Assembly: GCA_050246315.1 (NCBI GenBank)
Contig: JBFWWG010000009.1
Coordinates: forward strand, 117,812-181,811
Direction: 5' to 3'
Source: Nitrospiraceae bacterium
GTDB taxonomy: Bacteria > Nitrospirota > Nitrospiria > Nitrospirales > Nitrospiraceae
Length of the DNA: 64,000 bases
In this document: in pieces, positions 1-9,129 of the stretch
How positions within the stretch are numbered: the stretch's first letter is position 1
How the letters are laid out: each line of letters starts with the position of its first letter
Position numbers and translations under genes: made by a program
Notes under the pieces: generated by a model
Told to the model about the DNA's origin: nothing
What the model saw: only the letters and a program-made list of their open reading frames with translations
The model's database searches: none

Positions 1-221
1 TAGGTGACGATCCGGGGCGAGCGATCAACGACATGAAGATCGTCGGATTCCTTCAACTCGGCCCCCCAAGGAATGCCCTCGAAATCGCGCGGATCGTTGG
101 TCATGGTCACCGCCTGCGCGGCCAGGAACGACCAGAGCGAGGCGACCAGCGCCAGACCCAGGCCCGCGCGCCACCGTCGCCTCGGACGCTGCGTAGGATG
201 TACGTGGTTCGGGAGTGCCAC
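1..221 (-). CDS. Secreted hypothetical protein, 5' part only (runs off the window start); paralog of the adjacent gene
   Basis: Not in the ORF track. Manual translation from GTG at 221 (AGGAG upstream): MALPNHVHPTQRPRRRWRAGLGLALVASLWSFLAAQAVTMTNDPRDFEGIPWGAEL; signal-peptide-like, and MTNDPxxFxGIxWG is shared with 243..776. Confidence 0.75.
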   Translation of the reverse strand, partial: MALPNHVHPTQRPRRRWRAGLGLALVASLWSFLAAQAVTMTNDPRDFEGIPWGAELKESDDLHVVDRSPRIVT

Positions 222-242
222 GGTGCTCCTTGGACGAGTGGC

Positions 243-776
243 CTACTCGCCCGAATCGGTCAACGCATCGTTGAATCGAGGAGACAACACGCGGCTTTCG
301 ATAAAGACGAACCCGCGTCCGCTCTGCGCTTGGAAGGTGACGTTGATCTCCGTTTCCGGTCCTCTCCAATTAAACTGTTGGTTGAGCCCGCGGACCATCT
401 GTCCCGGAGTCTTGTCGAGGGCGCCGTATTGCTCCTCCAGGTACGCCATCACCTGCTGATGGGCGTCATTCCCGCGGTAGCGGATCGTCACGCGCGCAAA
501 ACGATCTTGCCAGGCGGTGAAGGTGACGCTCTCCACAGGAATGGTTCCCAGCAATGGAGGGCCGTTCTTGCACTGATAGTCGGCCACGTCCTTGCTCGAA
601 TAGGTCTGCTGCACATCCGACCGGCCGGCCAGCGCATCGCCCCAACGGATGCCGAGAAAGCTGCCGGGGTCGTTGGTCATCTCCGCAGCCCCAGCCGGGA
701 CGACGAGGAGGACGAGCCAGGCGAGTCCCAAGAGAACCGAGATGCGCTGAGCCCCTGTGTGTGAGGCCTGTAGCAT
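243..776 (-). CDS. Secreted hypothetical protein (start uncertain; ORF extends to 866)
   Basis: Hydrophobic signal ending in AGA-AE, then MTNDPGSFLGIRWG; paralogous to the neighbouring ORF. Confidence 0.75.
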   Translation of the reverse strand: MLQASHTGAQRISVLLGLAWLVLLVVPAGAAEMTNDPGSFLGIRWGDALAGRSDVQQTYSSKDVADYQCKNGPPLLGTIPVESVTFTAWQDRFARVTIRYRGNDAHQQVMAYLEEQYGALDKTPGQMVRGLNQQFNWRGPETEINVTFQAQSGRGFVFIESRVLSPRFNDALTDSGE

Positions 777-846
777 GGCGAACGCTAGCACGGTCGGCCC
801 GATCCGCGCAACGGACCGACGGGTGTGGAGGAGCACGGCGTAGGCA

Positions 847-882
847 TGACGATTGAGAATCGTCAAAGGGCTTGGCTATAAT
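847..882 (+). promoter_or_regulatory. Putative sigma70 promoter of the lipid operon, overlapped by an inverted repeat
   Basis: TTGAGA(853)-18 bp-TATAAT(877); TGACGATT-gag-AATCGTCA (847-865) covers the -35. Confidence 0.55.
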
Positions 883-910
883 CCGTTTTCTTTATCGATG
901 GCGAGGGGAC

Positions 911-1426
911 ATGACCGACGGCAACCAAATGATCGAGAGCGATGTCTTCGTCCAGGCGCTCCAAGAGATCGGAATCGAATTTTTTACCGGTGTGCCGGAC
1001 TCTATTCTCGGCGGAATCATCGAAACCCTGATGGAGCGGCGCTTGTATGTGCCGGCCACGCGTGAGGATGAAGCGCTGGCCATGGCGGCCGGGGCTTATA
1101 TGGCGGGGAAGGTCCCGGCCGTCTTGATGCAGAACTCAGGGCTGGGGACCTCGCTGAACACGCTGATCTCGTTGAATCTGATCTATCAGCAGCCCTGCGT
1201 GTTGATCGTGTCATGGCGCGGCTTTCAGGGGAAGGATGCGCCGGAGCATCTGGTGATGGGGCAAACCATGCCGCAGCTCCTGGATTTGATGAAGATACCC
1301 CACCGGACGCTGTCCGCCGGCACATTTGCCGACGACCTGCGTTGGACGGCCGAAACCTTCATGAAGCAGCAGATCCCCCTGGCCCTGATCATCAAGAAGG
1401 GCGTCATCAAGAGTTTGCATCCGTGA
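911..1426 (+). CDS. TPP-dependent phosphonopyruvate/sulfopyruvate decarboxylase, alpha subunit
   Basis: FFTGVPDS, TREDEALAMAAG, LMQNSGLG, SWRG..G.DAPEH motifs typical of the Ppd/ComD N-terminal domain; GAGGGG RBS before ATG 911. Confidence 0.9.
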   Translation: MTDGNQMIESDVFVQALQEIGIEFFTGVPDSILGGIIETLMERRLYVPATREDEALAMAAGAYMAGKVPAVLMQNSGLGTSLNTLISLNLIYQQPCVLIVSWRGFQGKDAPEHLVMGQTMPQLLDLMKIPHRTLSAGTFADDLRWTAETFMKQQIPLALIIKKGVIKSLHP

Positions 1427-1453
1427 GTGGGATCACAGAATGAGAGACCACCT

Positions 1454-2038
1454 ATGACACTCAGACCGGAACAAGGGGCCATGCAGAGCCGCGCGCGAGC
1501 CATGGAAGCCTTGCTAGAACTGCTGACCGATCAACCGGTCATTATCTGCAACGGATTTCCCTCCCGCGAGGCCTTCACGATCGCAGACCGGCCCACACAC
1601 TTCTACATGATCGGGTCCATGGGCGTTGCCGCCGCCATCGGGTTGGGTGTGGCCCTCGCGAAGCCCCAGAAAAAGGTCGTCGTGTTCGACGGCGACGGCA
1701 ACGTTCTGATGGGAATGGGCACACTCGCGACGGTCGGCGCGACCAGACCGAAAAATCTTGTCCATGTCGTGTTCGACAACGAAGTCTACGGCAGTACGGG
1801 CAATCAGCCGACTTATTCTCGGCTGGTCCGGCTGGATCTCGTGGCCAAGGCCGCGGGCTATGTCCATGTCGAGCGGGTAATCGAACGCGAGGACTTGGTG
1901 TATGAGTTCAAGGAGATGCTCGGTAAAGACGGGCCGAGCTTCCTGCTCGTGAAGGTCAACGAATGGGTGGAGGACGTCGGACGGGTTCTGCACGATCCTC
2001 CCGAGATCACGCAACGGTTCAAGAAGGCGATCGCATGA
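1454..2038 (+). CDS. TPP-dependent phosphonopyruvate/sulfopyruvate decarboxylase, beta subunit
   Basis: NGFPSRE, FYMIGSMG, DGDGNVLMGMG...DN TPP/Mg motif, STGNQPT; alternative start 1427. Confidence 0.9.
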   Translation: MTLRPEQGAMQSRARAMEALLELLTDQPVIICNGFPSREAFTIADRPTHFYMIGSMGVAAAIGLGVALAKPQKKVVVFDGDGNVLMGMGTLATVGATRPKNLVHVVFDNEVYGSTGNQPTYSRLVRLDLVAKAAGYVHVERVIEREDLVYEFKEMLGKDGPSFLLVKVNEWVEDVGRVLHDPPEITQRFKKAIA

Positions 2039-2139
2039 CGTCAATCGTCAAGCGTCATTCGTCAACAGTAAGGCGAGATCATTATGGTGCTGATTCCAGC
2101 GGTCACCCTCGATTGACGAGTGACCAATGACGATTGACG
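2039..2139. repeat. Inverted array of heptamer repeats (4x CGTCAAN ... 4x ANTGACG)
   Basis: CGTCAAT CGTCAAG CGTCATT CGTCAAC (2039-2066) and ATTGACG AGTGACC AATGACG ATTGACG (2112-2139). Confidence 0.8.
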
Positions 2140-2149
2140 GAGGTTTCCT

Positions 2150-3244
2150 GTGATCCTACTGAATCCCGGTCCAGTCAACGTGTCCGAACGAGTCCGGCAG
2201 GCCCTGCATCGGCCGGATCTGTGCCACCGCGAGCGCGAGTTCACCGACCTGTTGCATCGTATCCAGGACAAGCTACTGAAGGCATTTGTGCCGGGCGCGG
2301 AGCACGACTACACCGCAGCCATCATCACGGGGTCCGGAACCTCGGCGGTGGAGGCCGCGATCGGATCGGCTCTCCCGCAAGGCAAGCGTTCTATGGTGAT
2401 CAATAACGGCGTGTACGGCGACCGCATGTCGCAGATGACGCTGACCCACCGGATGGGTGTCCCGGACTTGAAGCTTGATTGGGGAAAGCGCCCCGACCCG
2501 GAGGTTGTGAGACTCGCCCTGCGGCAGCATCAAGAAGTCCACCTGGTGGCGATGGTACACCACGAGACGACGCTGGGACTGGTCAACCCGGCGAAGGAGA
2601 TCGCCGACGTGGTTGACAGTCAGAACCGCGTGTTCATGCTCGATGCCGTCAGCAGCTTGGCCGGTGACCCATTGGATATCGCCGGCTCCCACATCTATCT
2701 GGTGGCCGGCACTTCGGGAAAATGCATCCAAGGGTTCCCGGGCGTCTCGTTCGTCCTCATCCGGCGCGGATTCTTGCAGCGCATGCGGAGCTACCCTCGG
2801 AAATCCTGGTACCTGCACCTGCCCCACTATCTGGACGATGAAGGTCGGCCGACGGTGCCCTTCACCCCCGCGGTGCAGGTCTATTATGCGTTCGACGAGG
2901 CCCTGTCCGAGCTGTTGGAGGAAGGGGTGCCGAAGCGGATCGAGCGGTATAAGCGTGCCGCGAAGCTGATTCGAGACCGGATGAAGACGCTCGGTCTCAA
3001 ACCGGTGGTGCCGCCGGAGTTTCAGTCAAACACGCTGACCGCCTACCACCTGCCGGAGGGCCTGAGCTACGATCTGTTACATGACCGCCTCAAAGAGCGG
3101 GGCTACGTGATCTATGCCGGTCAAGGCCAGCTCGAGTCCAAGATTTTCCGCGTGGCCAACATGGGGGTCTTGTCGGCACAAGACCTGGAAGGGTTTCTGG
3201 CCGCCTTTCAGGAGGTGCTGGAACAGGCAGCGGTGTCTCGTTGA
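2150..3244 (+). CDS. PLP class V aminotransferase, 2-aminoethylphosphonate transaminase-like (PhnW/AepZ family)
   Basis: LLNPGP, DLCHRE, GSGT..VE, NGVYG.RM, VHHETTLG..NP, DAVSS, SGKCIQGFPG (PLP lysine), PFTP, GYVIYAGQG, FRVANMG. Confidence 0.88.
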   Translation: MILLNPGPVNVSERVRQALHRPDLCHREREFTDLLHRIQDKLLKAFVPGAEHDYTAAIITGSGTSAVEAAIGSALPQGKRSMVINNGVYGDRMSQMTLTHRMGVPDLKLDWGKRPDPEVVRLALRQHQEVHLVAMVHHETTLGLVNPAKEIADVVDSQNRVFMLDAVSSLAGDPLDIAGSHIYLVAGTSGKCIQGFPGVSFVLIRRGFLQRMRSYPRKSWYLHLPHYLDDEGRPTVPFTPAVQVYYAFDEALSELLEEGVPKRIERYKRAAKLIRDRMKTLGLKPVVPPEFQSNTLTAYHLPEGLSYDLLHDRLKERGYVIYAGQGQLESKIFRVANMGVLSAQDLEGFLAAFQEVLEQAAVSR

Positions 3245-3963
3245 AGGCCGTCATCCTCGCCGCCGGTATCGGCAAGCGGCTCTGGGACATTACGCAGCAC
3301 CGACCCAAATGTTTGATCGAGTTCGCCGGCAAGAGCCTTCTCGTTCGCCATCTGGAACACCTGGCCTCCCAGGGTGTGCAGCGGGCCACCGTGGTCGTCG
3401 GCTACAAGCAGGAGATGATTCGGAACGCCATTGGAACAGTTCATGCGGGAGTGGATCTGACGTATCTCGTCAATGACCAGTATCACCGCGGGAGCATCTC
3501 CTCGCTGTGGTTGGCGCGAACGGAGTTCGACGACGATGCGATCGTGATGGATGCCGACGTGTTGTACCATCGAGATATCATGAAGCGGCTGATCCACTCG
3601 CCCTATGCGAACTGTTTGTTAATGGACGAGACGGTCGTCCAGCAGGGCGAAGAGTGCATGGTGGTCGTGCGGGGAGGGCGGGTGATTGCGCTCACGAAGC
3701 GGGTCCCTTCCGTGTATGATTATGCGGGGGAAGGCGTCGGTTTTCTCAAGGTTGGCCGCCAGGACGCGGAGCACCTGGTCGGCTCGCTGCGGGCGCACAT
3801 CGATCGAGGTGCCTGGGAGATGGAATATGAAGACGGGCTGCTCGAATTTTTTGACCGGGTCCGCGTGGGCCACGAAAAAATCGGTGGGCTGCCCTGGACC
3901 GAGATCGACTTCCCGGAGGACGTGACCCGTGCGGAACGGGAAATCCTGCCGAAGCTGGACTAA
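3241..3963 (+). CDS. Phosphocholine/phosphonate cytidylyltransferase family NTP transferase (LicC/PntC-like)
   Basis: AVILAAGIGKRL..PKCL, VVGYK, MDADV, GEGVG, EYED, WTEIDFPED; overlaps the aminotransferase stop. Confidence 0.88.
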   Translation: MKAVILAAGIGKRLWDITQHRPKCLIEFAGKSLLVRHLEHLASQGVQRATVVVGYKQEMIRNAIGTVHAGVDLTYLVNDQYHRGSISSLWLARTEFDDDAIVMDADVLYHRDIMKRLIHSPYANCLLMDETVVQQGEECMVVVRGGRVIALTKRVPSVYDYAGEGVGFLKVGRQDAEHLVGSLRAHIDRGAWEMEYEDGLLEFFDRVRVGHEKIGGLPWTEIDFPEDVTRAEREILPKLD

Positions 3964-4017
3964 GCCACTCGGTCGCGTTAGAGTGCCGAAAGACAGGCCG
4001 ACCCTGGATACGGAACG

Positions 4018-5517
4018 ATGAGTCAGAGTGCGCTGCAACGCTTTGCCCAGACCCGAGAACTGACCTCCGCGATTGTGGTGACGGCGCGCAACGTCTTCAC
4101 CTCCACGCCCGTCTCAGTCCACACCGGCATCAGCCCGCTCACCCGAATCGCCGGCGTGACGATCTTTCAGCGCGGCATCCTGACCCTGCAGCGGGCCGGC
4201 GTGAACCAGATTTTTGTGTTGGCGGGTGACGAAGCGGAAACGCTCAAAGCGGTCGTACGCGACGGGCCGCCGATCACGGCGGGCATCCGGTGGATTCCGG
4301 TCCGGGAGTTCCCGCTCGACGACCCCCGGACATGGGAAACACTGGCGGCCGACGCCAAAGGCGCCTGCCTCGTGATTGGGCCGCAGGCCGCTTTTTCGCG
4401 AAACCTGATCGAAACGTTGCGTGGCAAGGGGCCGATCGAGGACCTCCTGCTCGTGTTGCAGCCCGACGAGCGCCATCGGACCGCGCCTGGTCGTTCCGAT
4501 CGTGCCGATCGCGTGTTGCCGACGAAACGGGATCGTCTGGCTCGATTGGCTGCCATCGGGTTGGGCGGAGAACGAGAGATGCGCGAAGCCCGTTCCGGAC
4601 GCGTCGCGGCCGAGGTACTCGTTCTGCCCGCCGGTCTACTTTCAAACGGACATTCTTTCGTCGATGCCCTGCTTGCTCAATCAGGGGAGGAACACCGAGG
4701 GGATGGCGAGCCGCTCCTGTCCCGACTCGTCGGGTTGGCAGCGGCAGAACGACGCATTCAGGTTGTTGAAGCGGCGCGGGATGCCAACCTCTGGGCGAGG
4801 GACATTCACGACGAACGGGACGCGTCGGCGGTCGAGCGGGATCTCTATCGCTCCTTTAAGAACCATTCCGAAGGGTTCATCGATCGGTATTTTAATCGGA
4901 AGCTTTCTCCATTCTTCACCAAGCTCTTCTTAAAGCTGAAACTGAGCCCCAACGCGGTCACGGTACTGGCCACCCTGATCGGGCTGGCCGGCGCGGCTTC
5001 CTTCGGGATGGGGACATACGAGGCCGGTCTGCTGGGAGCCCTCCTGTTTCAATTGGCCGCGGTGATCGACTGTTGCGACGGCGAGGTGGCGAGGCTGACG
5101 TTCACAGAGTCCCCGTTGGGAGCCAAGCTCGATCTCGCTCTCGACAACGTGGTGCACATGGCGGTATTTGCCGGCATCGCCTACGGCGCCTATGAGACGC
5201 AGGATGCGAGCGGGGAGGCGTGGCTGTACCTGGCACTTGGCGCGGTGGCGGTCGTCTCCAATGCCCTGGCCTTCTGGCTGGTCACAAGGCTGACTGCGAA
5301 GCCGAGCGGGGCCATCCCGGGCTCAACCGCGCGGGCCAGATGGAAGGATTTTATTCTCAAGAACATCGCGACACGTGATTTTTCCATGATCGTGCTGCTC
5401 TTCGCCGTGATCGGTCGTCTGGATTGGTTCCTGCTCTTGGCGGTCATCGGATCGGCCTTCTTCGGTCTGGTGCTGACCTGGCTGGTTTTCTCGACCCGCT
5501 CCGCTCGTGCTTCTTAA
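4018..5517 (+). CDS. CDP-alcohol phosphotransferase with degenerate N-terminal NTP-transferase-like domain
   Basis: DRYFNRKLS, SPNAVT and DCCDGEVAR..ESPLGAKLDLALD (CDP-alcohol signature); multiple TM helices at the C-terminus. Confidence 0.85.
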   Translation: MSQSALQRFAQTRELTSAIVVTARNVFTSTPVSVHTGISPLTRIAGVTIFQRGILTLQRAGVNQIFVLAGDEAETLKAVVRDGPPITAGIRWIPVREFPLDDPRTWETLAADAKGACLVIGPQAAFSRNLIETLRGKGPIEDLLLVLQPDERHRTAPGRSDRADRVLPTKRDRLARLAAIGLGGEREMREARSGRVAAEVLVLPAGLLSNGHSFVDALLAQSGEEHRGDGEPLLSRLVGLAAAERRIQVVEAARDANLWARDIHDERDASAVERDLYRSFKNHSEGFIDRYFNRKLSPFFTKLFLKLKLSPNAVTVLATLIGLAGAASFGMGTYEAGLLGALLFQLAAVIDCCDGEVARLTFTESPLGAKLDLALDNVVHMAVFAGIAYGAYETQDASGEAWLYLALGAVAVVSNALAFWLVTRLTAKPSGAIPGSTARARWKDFILKNIATRDFSMIVLLFAVIGRLDWFLLLAVIGSAFFGLVLTWLVFSTRSARAS

Positions 5518-6511
5518 AATTACCCTCCTCGCCGTCGGGACCCTCACCCTGACGGCCCTCGTGTGGCACATTGGGCCGACCCGCATCCTGGATGCCGCCG
5601 GGCAAGTCGGGCCGCTCGGCCTGCTACTGGTGTTACTCCCGTCGCTGGTCATGTACCTGCTCGAAGCCTACGGTTGGAAATTGACCATGGGGCCCTATGC
5701 CGGGGCCGTTTCCTTTCCGCACCTGTTGGCCATCCGGACGGCCGGTGAAGTCGTCAACATGACCACGCCGACCGCCTATGTAGGCGGCGAGCCGCTCAAA
5801 GCCTATCTGCTCAAACGTGCAGAGGTCCCGTTCGTCGACGGATTGGCCTCGGTCGTGCTGGCGAAGACCCTGATGACGATCGCGCAGGTACTGTTCATCC
5901 TGTTAGGGCTGGTGATCGCGTTCTGGCTGCTCGGATCGGAAGGGTCCTCCGGGCAGATGGTGATGGCCTCCATCGTCAGTGTCGGCATCTTGGCGTTCGG
6001 CGTCGCCGGCTTCATCGCAGTGCAGCGATGGGGCCTATTCACCGGTGCGCTTGGGCTGTTGCGGAGAGTCAATCTCCGAGTGGCCTACCTCGAAGCTCGG
6101 GAAAGCAAGCTGCGCGAACTGGACCGGACGATCCTGAATTTCTACGCCAAGGATCGGCGGAATTTTCTCTGCTCCACGGGATTGTATTTCGGCGGCTGGC
6201 TCGCTGAGGCCGTGGAAGTCTACGTGATGCTGGCCTGCCTCGGCCTTCCCGTGACGGCTCTCGCGGCGCTCGCCATCGGATCGCTGTCGGCCTTCATCAA
6301 GGGCGGGACCTTCTTCATTCCCGGGAGCTTGGGCGCACAGGATGGAGGCAATCTCCTCCTGGTCACGGCGTTCGGCTACAGCGACGTGGCCGGCATCACC
6401 TTCGCTCTGCTGCGACGCTTCCGCGAGATCGTCTGGATCGGCATCGGTCTGGTATGCCTGGCCCTGTTGGATGGGCGGACGGTGGCAAGTCGAGGCGATC
6501 AATCAGGCTGA
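5507..6511 (+). CDS. Lysylphosphatidylglycerol synthase TM domain / flippase-like membrane protein
   Basis: Polytopic; VNMTTPT..VGGEPLK, IPGSLGAQDG, LLRRFRE motifs of the UPF0104/LPG_synthase_TM family. Confidence 0.8.
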   Translation: MLLKITLLAVGTLTLTALVWHIGPTRILDAAGQVGPLGLLLVLLPSLVMYLLEAYGWKLTMGPYAGAVSFPHLLAIRTAGEVVNMTTPTAYVGGEPLKAYLLKRAEVPFVDGLASVVLAKTLMTIAQVLFILLGLVIAFWLLGSEGSSGQMVMASIVSVGILAFGVAGFIAVQRWGLFTGALGLLRRVNLRVAYLEARESKLRELDRTILNFYAKDRRNFLCSTGLYFGGWLAEAVEVYVMLACLGLPVTALAALAIGSLSAFIKGGTFFIPGSLGAQDGGNLLLVTAFGYSDVAGITFALLRRFREIVWIGIGLVCLALLDGRTVASRGDQSG

Positions 6512-6932
6512 CGTTCTGGCTGCGAACTACGCCAGCCGGTGTTTCGAAAGGGCTCTGGTGGGATCGACTTTCCTTGCCGGCACGGTGCTCGCGTTCCAAG
6601 ACGGCGTGCAATGGAGCCAGCGCATTGCGAAGAAGACCGCTGAGATCACGGAGGGGAAAGGGATCACGGTCCCGGACGTTGATGCAGCCGACGCCGGATG
6701 GAATGTTCGGATTAAACGCGACGATCCGAACCGACGAGCAGGTATGAACCGAGAGGTAGTGCTTCTTGTTGGCCCGGGAGAAAAACCGCTCGCCGACGTG
6801 ATAGGTCGGCATCCTGTGGCCGAAATCATAACGAGTCTTCGGAAAGAGTTTCATGACCAACTGATGCACCGGTTGGCATCTTGCCTTGTGCCGCTCCGGT
6901 AGTGACGTTAGGTGCTGCTGAATCGTGTTCGC
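6396..6932 (-). pseudogene. Degenerate DUF1801 (YdhG-like) gene
   Basis: In-frame NTIQQHLTSLPERHKARCQPVHQLVMKLFPKTRYDFGHRMPTY..ANKKHYLSV..GVGCIN resembles DUF1801; no ATG at the expected N-terminus; the frame reads through into the 3' end of the flippase gene. Confidence 0.45.
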
Positions 6933-7038
6933 GATCCTCGTCGTTCCGACCTTCCGAACAGTTCCTGCGAATTGTCATAACGAATCACCGCGCTGGAGGC
7001 TCGATCGTGCACCCTCGCGCGGGGGCCGTCGCGCAAGA

Positions 7039-7710
7039 TCAGCGAATTTGGCGATGGGCGGGAGAGGAAGGCTTCGCCAGCCCGCGGTGCCACCGGCGTA
7101 AGTGAGGCAAGGTCGGCAGCCTCGTCTTTCGGTTGAAGAGATAGTTTTCGACCACACCAAAGAGACTGTAATCCACGAAGAGGGGGCGATCGGCAATCAG
7201 GAACGGTGACGATGCCAACAGGTTGTCGAGCGGTTTCAACAGTTCCTCGAATTGAGCACAGAGATATGTGCGGTGGCTCGTCCATTCCTGGAGACAGCCT
7301 CGTCCGAATTTCCGCTCCTTGTGCCGAACCACCATGACGCGCTCGACAAGGGGACGAGACGGGATCACGTAGGTGTCGTTCACCTTGAACCCGACCATTT
7401 CAAGATCATTTTCAATGTAGCGGGATAGGATGAGCTGCAAGCCTTCGAGTGCTTTTGGAAACAGATTCAGGTTGAAGCGGCGATCGAGATACCGTGCCAC
7501 CTCTTGCCCGAAATCCGTGACATCACACACTGCGTGCCTGCCATCGAGTACACAAGGCACCGTGTGGCCGCGACCGTTGGTGGCGCTGATTATTGAGGCC
7601 CGCTCGTGATAGGGAATGTTGCGCAGACGGAACGGGATGCCGTTCCGTTCAAGCATATGCCGCACCGCGATACAGAACGGCGACCAGGGAAATTGAATCA
7701 GCGTGAGCAT
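7039..7710 (-). CDS. Glutathione S-transferase family protein
   Basis: N-terminal WSPFC, TVP (cis-Pro) motif, ARYLD, C-terminal FLIADRPLFVDYSLFG...LRRW. Confidence 0.8.
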   Translation of the reverse strand: MLTLIQFPWSPFCIAVRHMLERNGIPFRLRNIPYHERASIISATNGRGHTVPCVLDGRHAVCDVTDFGQEVARYLDRRFNLNLFPKALEGLQLILSRYIENDLEMVGFKVNDTYVIPSRPLVERVMVVRHKERKFGRGCLQEWTSHRTYLCAQFEELLKPLDNLLASSPFLIADRPLFVDYSLFGVVENYLFNRKTRLPTLPHLRRWHRGLAKPSSPAHRQIR

Positions 7711-7796
7711 GAGGATGAGACGTTATATGGCGCAAGCGGGGACAGAATTCAAGTGCGGCGGCGCCGAGTGTGAGTGACACGATCCAGGACCGATCC

Positions 7797-8813
7797 TCAT
7801 CCTGGAGACGTCCTCTGCGTGTTAAGGCCGGCGGTTTCGAGGACCGCTCGAACGGCCTCGATGACGAGCTCCGGCTGATCGAATTGAATGAAGTGGCTGC
7901 TCCGGTCGGCGAAGACTTGCCGGCTGTTGGTGGAGAGCTTCATGAGGTCCGCCTGTAGTTGAAGCCACATCTGCCGGAACCGCGCCATGTCCACGGTGGG
8001 CGGCATGTCGGGCCACCAGGTTGGTCCGGTGGCGGTGAGAATGGTCAACGGCAGATCACCGAGCGGGTCTGTGCGCTGGACTTGAATGCAGGTCTCCTCC
8101 AACGCGGAGCCTTCGTCGGCCATGGTCGCGAAATAGCGTGTTTGCGTCCATCCGGCTCGGAGCATGGGACGAATCTCGGGAGGCACCTTTTCTTCATGCT
8201 CGGCGAAGAGCGGCGGCAGGAGATCGAACGCTGTCAACAGTCGCGTGACGCCCAGTGATGTCACGGCGCCGATGATCGGGAACGCGATCTTGCCGGGCGC
8301 GACAAATTTGCGGAACTCTTCCTGTGCAAATTGACGCTCGTGTCCCGCATCGACCAGGACGATTCCCAGCACGTCCTTTGGATGAATCTGCCGATAGAGC
8401 CGGACAATGAAACCGCCGAGCGAATGGCCGACGAGGACATAGGGGCCGGCGATACCGGAGCGAGTGAGCAGGGTATGGAGCTCGTTGGCAATGCGCCGGC
8501 CGGTTCTCGGCGAAGGCCCCGATTCACTCCAGCCGAATCCCGCCCGATCATACGAACAGACCCGCGTGACCTTCGCGAGAGCCGGTTGGACGTTGCTCCA
8601 ATAGACCGACCAACCCAGACCCGATGCCTCCAAGATCACGGTGGGACTGCCCTCGCCCGTGCAGTAGAGATGGAGCTGATGCCCGCCGACGTCGATGAGA
8701 TCGCCGGGAGGCGGATGGCGCGCTTGATCGATCGCCGTACCGACGGCCTGATACCCCACGCCGATCAGCGCGAGCAGAAACAATCCGCCAAGCAGCCGAA
8801 TCAGCCAGCGCAT
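7797..8813 (-). CDS. Alpha/beta hydrolase with N-terminal membrane anchor
   Basis: YDRAGFGWS, GHSLGG nucleophile elbow, SSHFIQFDQP catalytic His. Confidence 0.9.
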   Translation of the reverse strand: MRWLIRLLGGLFLLALIGVGYQAVGTAIDQARHPPPGDLIDVGGHQLHLYCTGEGSPTVILEASGLGWSVYWSNVQPALAKVTRVCSYDRAGFGWSESGPSPRTGRRIANELHTLLTRSGIAGPYVLVGHSLGGFIVRLYRQIHPKDVLGIVLVDAGHERQFAQEEFRKFVAPGKIAFPIIGAVTSLGVTRLLTAFDLLPPLFAEHEEKVPPEIRPMLRAGWTQTRYFATMADEGSALEETCIQVQRTDPLGDLPLTILTATGPTWWPDMPPTVDMARFRQMWLQLQADLMKLSTNSRQVFADRSSHFIQFDQPELVIEAVRAVLETAGLNTQRTSPG

Positions 8814-9129
8814 GGAGGGGTATTGTCTACATTTATAGAATCTGAATCAAACTGAGAAGGCCGGCGTGGAGACTTGTGCGGGATGTCGCCTCCGTCGTCA
8901 AATGGCATGCCAAATGACGACTCTGTCGACATGGTCGTGCGTGAGAAATAGGGGTAGGGCGACTTAGTGCATCTCAAACTTCGCGCGTCCAACGAGGGCC
9001 TCCGATTCAATAGCCTGCTCCCGTCCAATCCTTCTGAGGCCGCGCATTGCGCGAGCACAAGAGATGGATCAGGTCGTCCCTTTGCTCCTTGTGTTACGAT
9101 GCGGCGCTGTCGGTCTCAAGATTGAGAAA

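Noticed and set aside
911..2038. Coenzyme M biosynthesis (comDE)
   Set aside because: No comABC or cysteate synthase context; neighbours point to lipid head-group synthesis
8975..9090. Palindrome-rich intergenic stretch (GAGGGCCTC, CGCGCATTGCGCG), possibly a dispersed repeat
   Set aside because: Only one copy in the window, so repeat status cannot be shown
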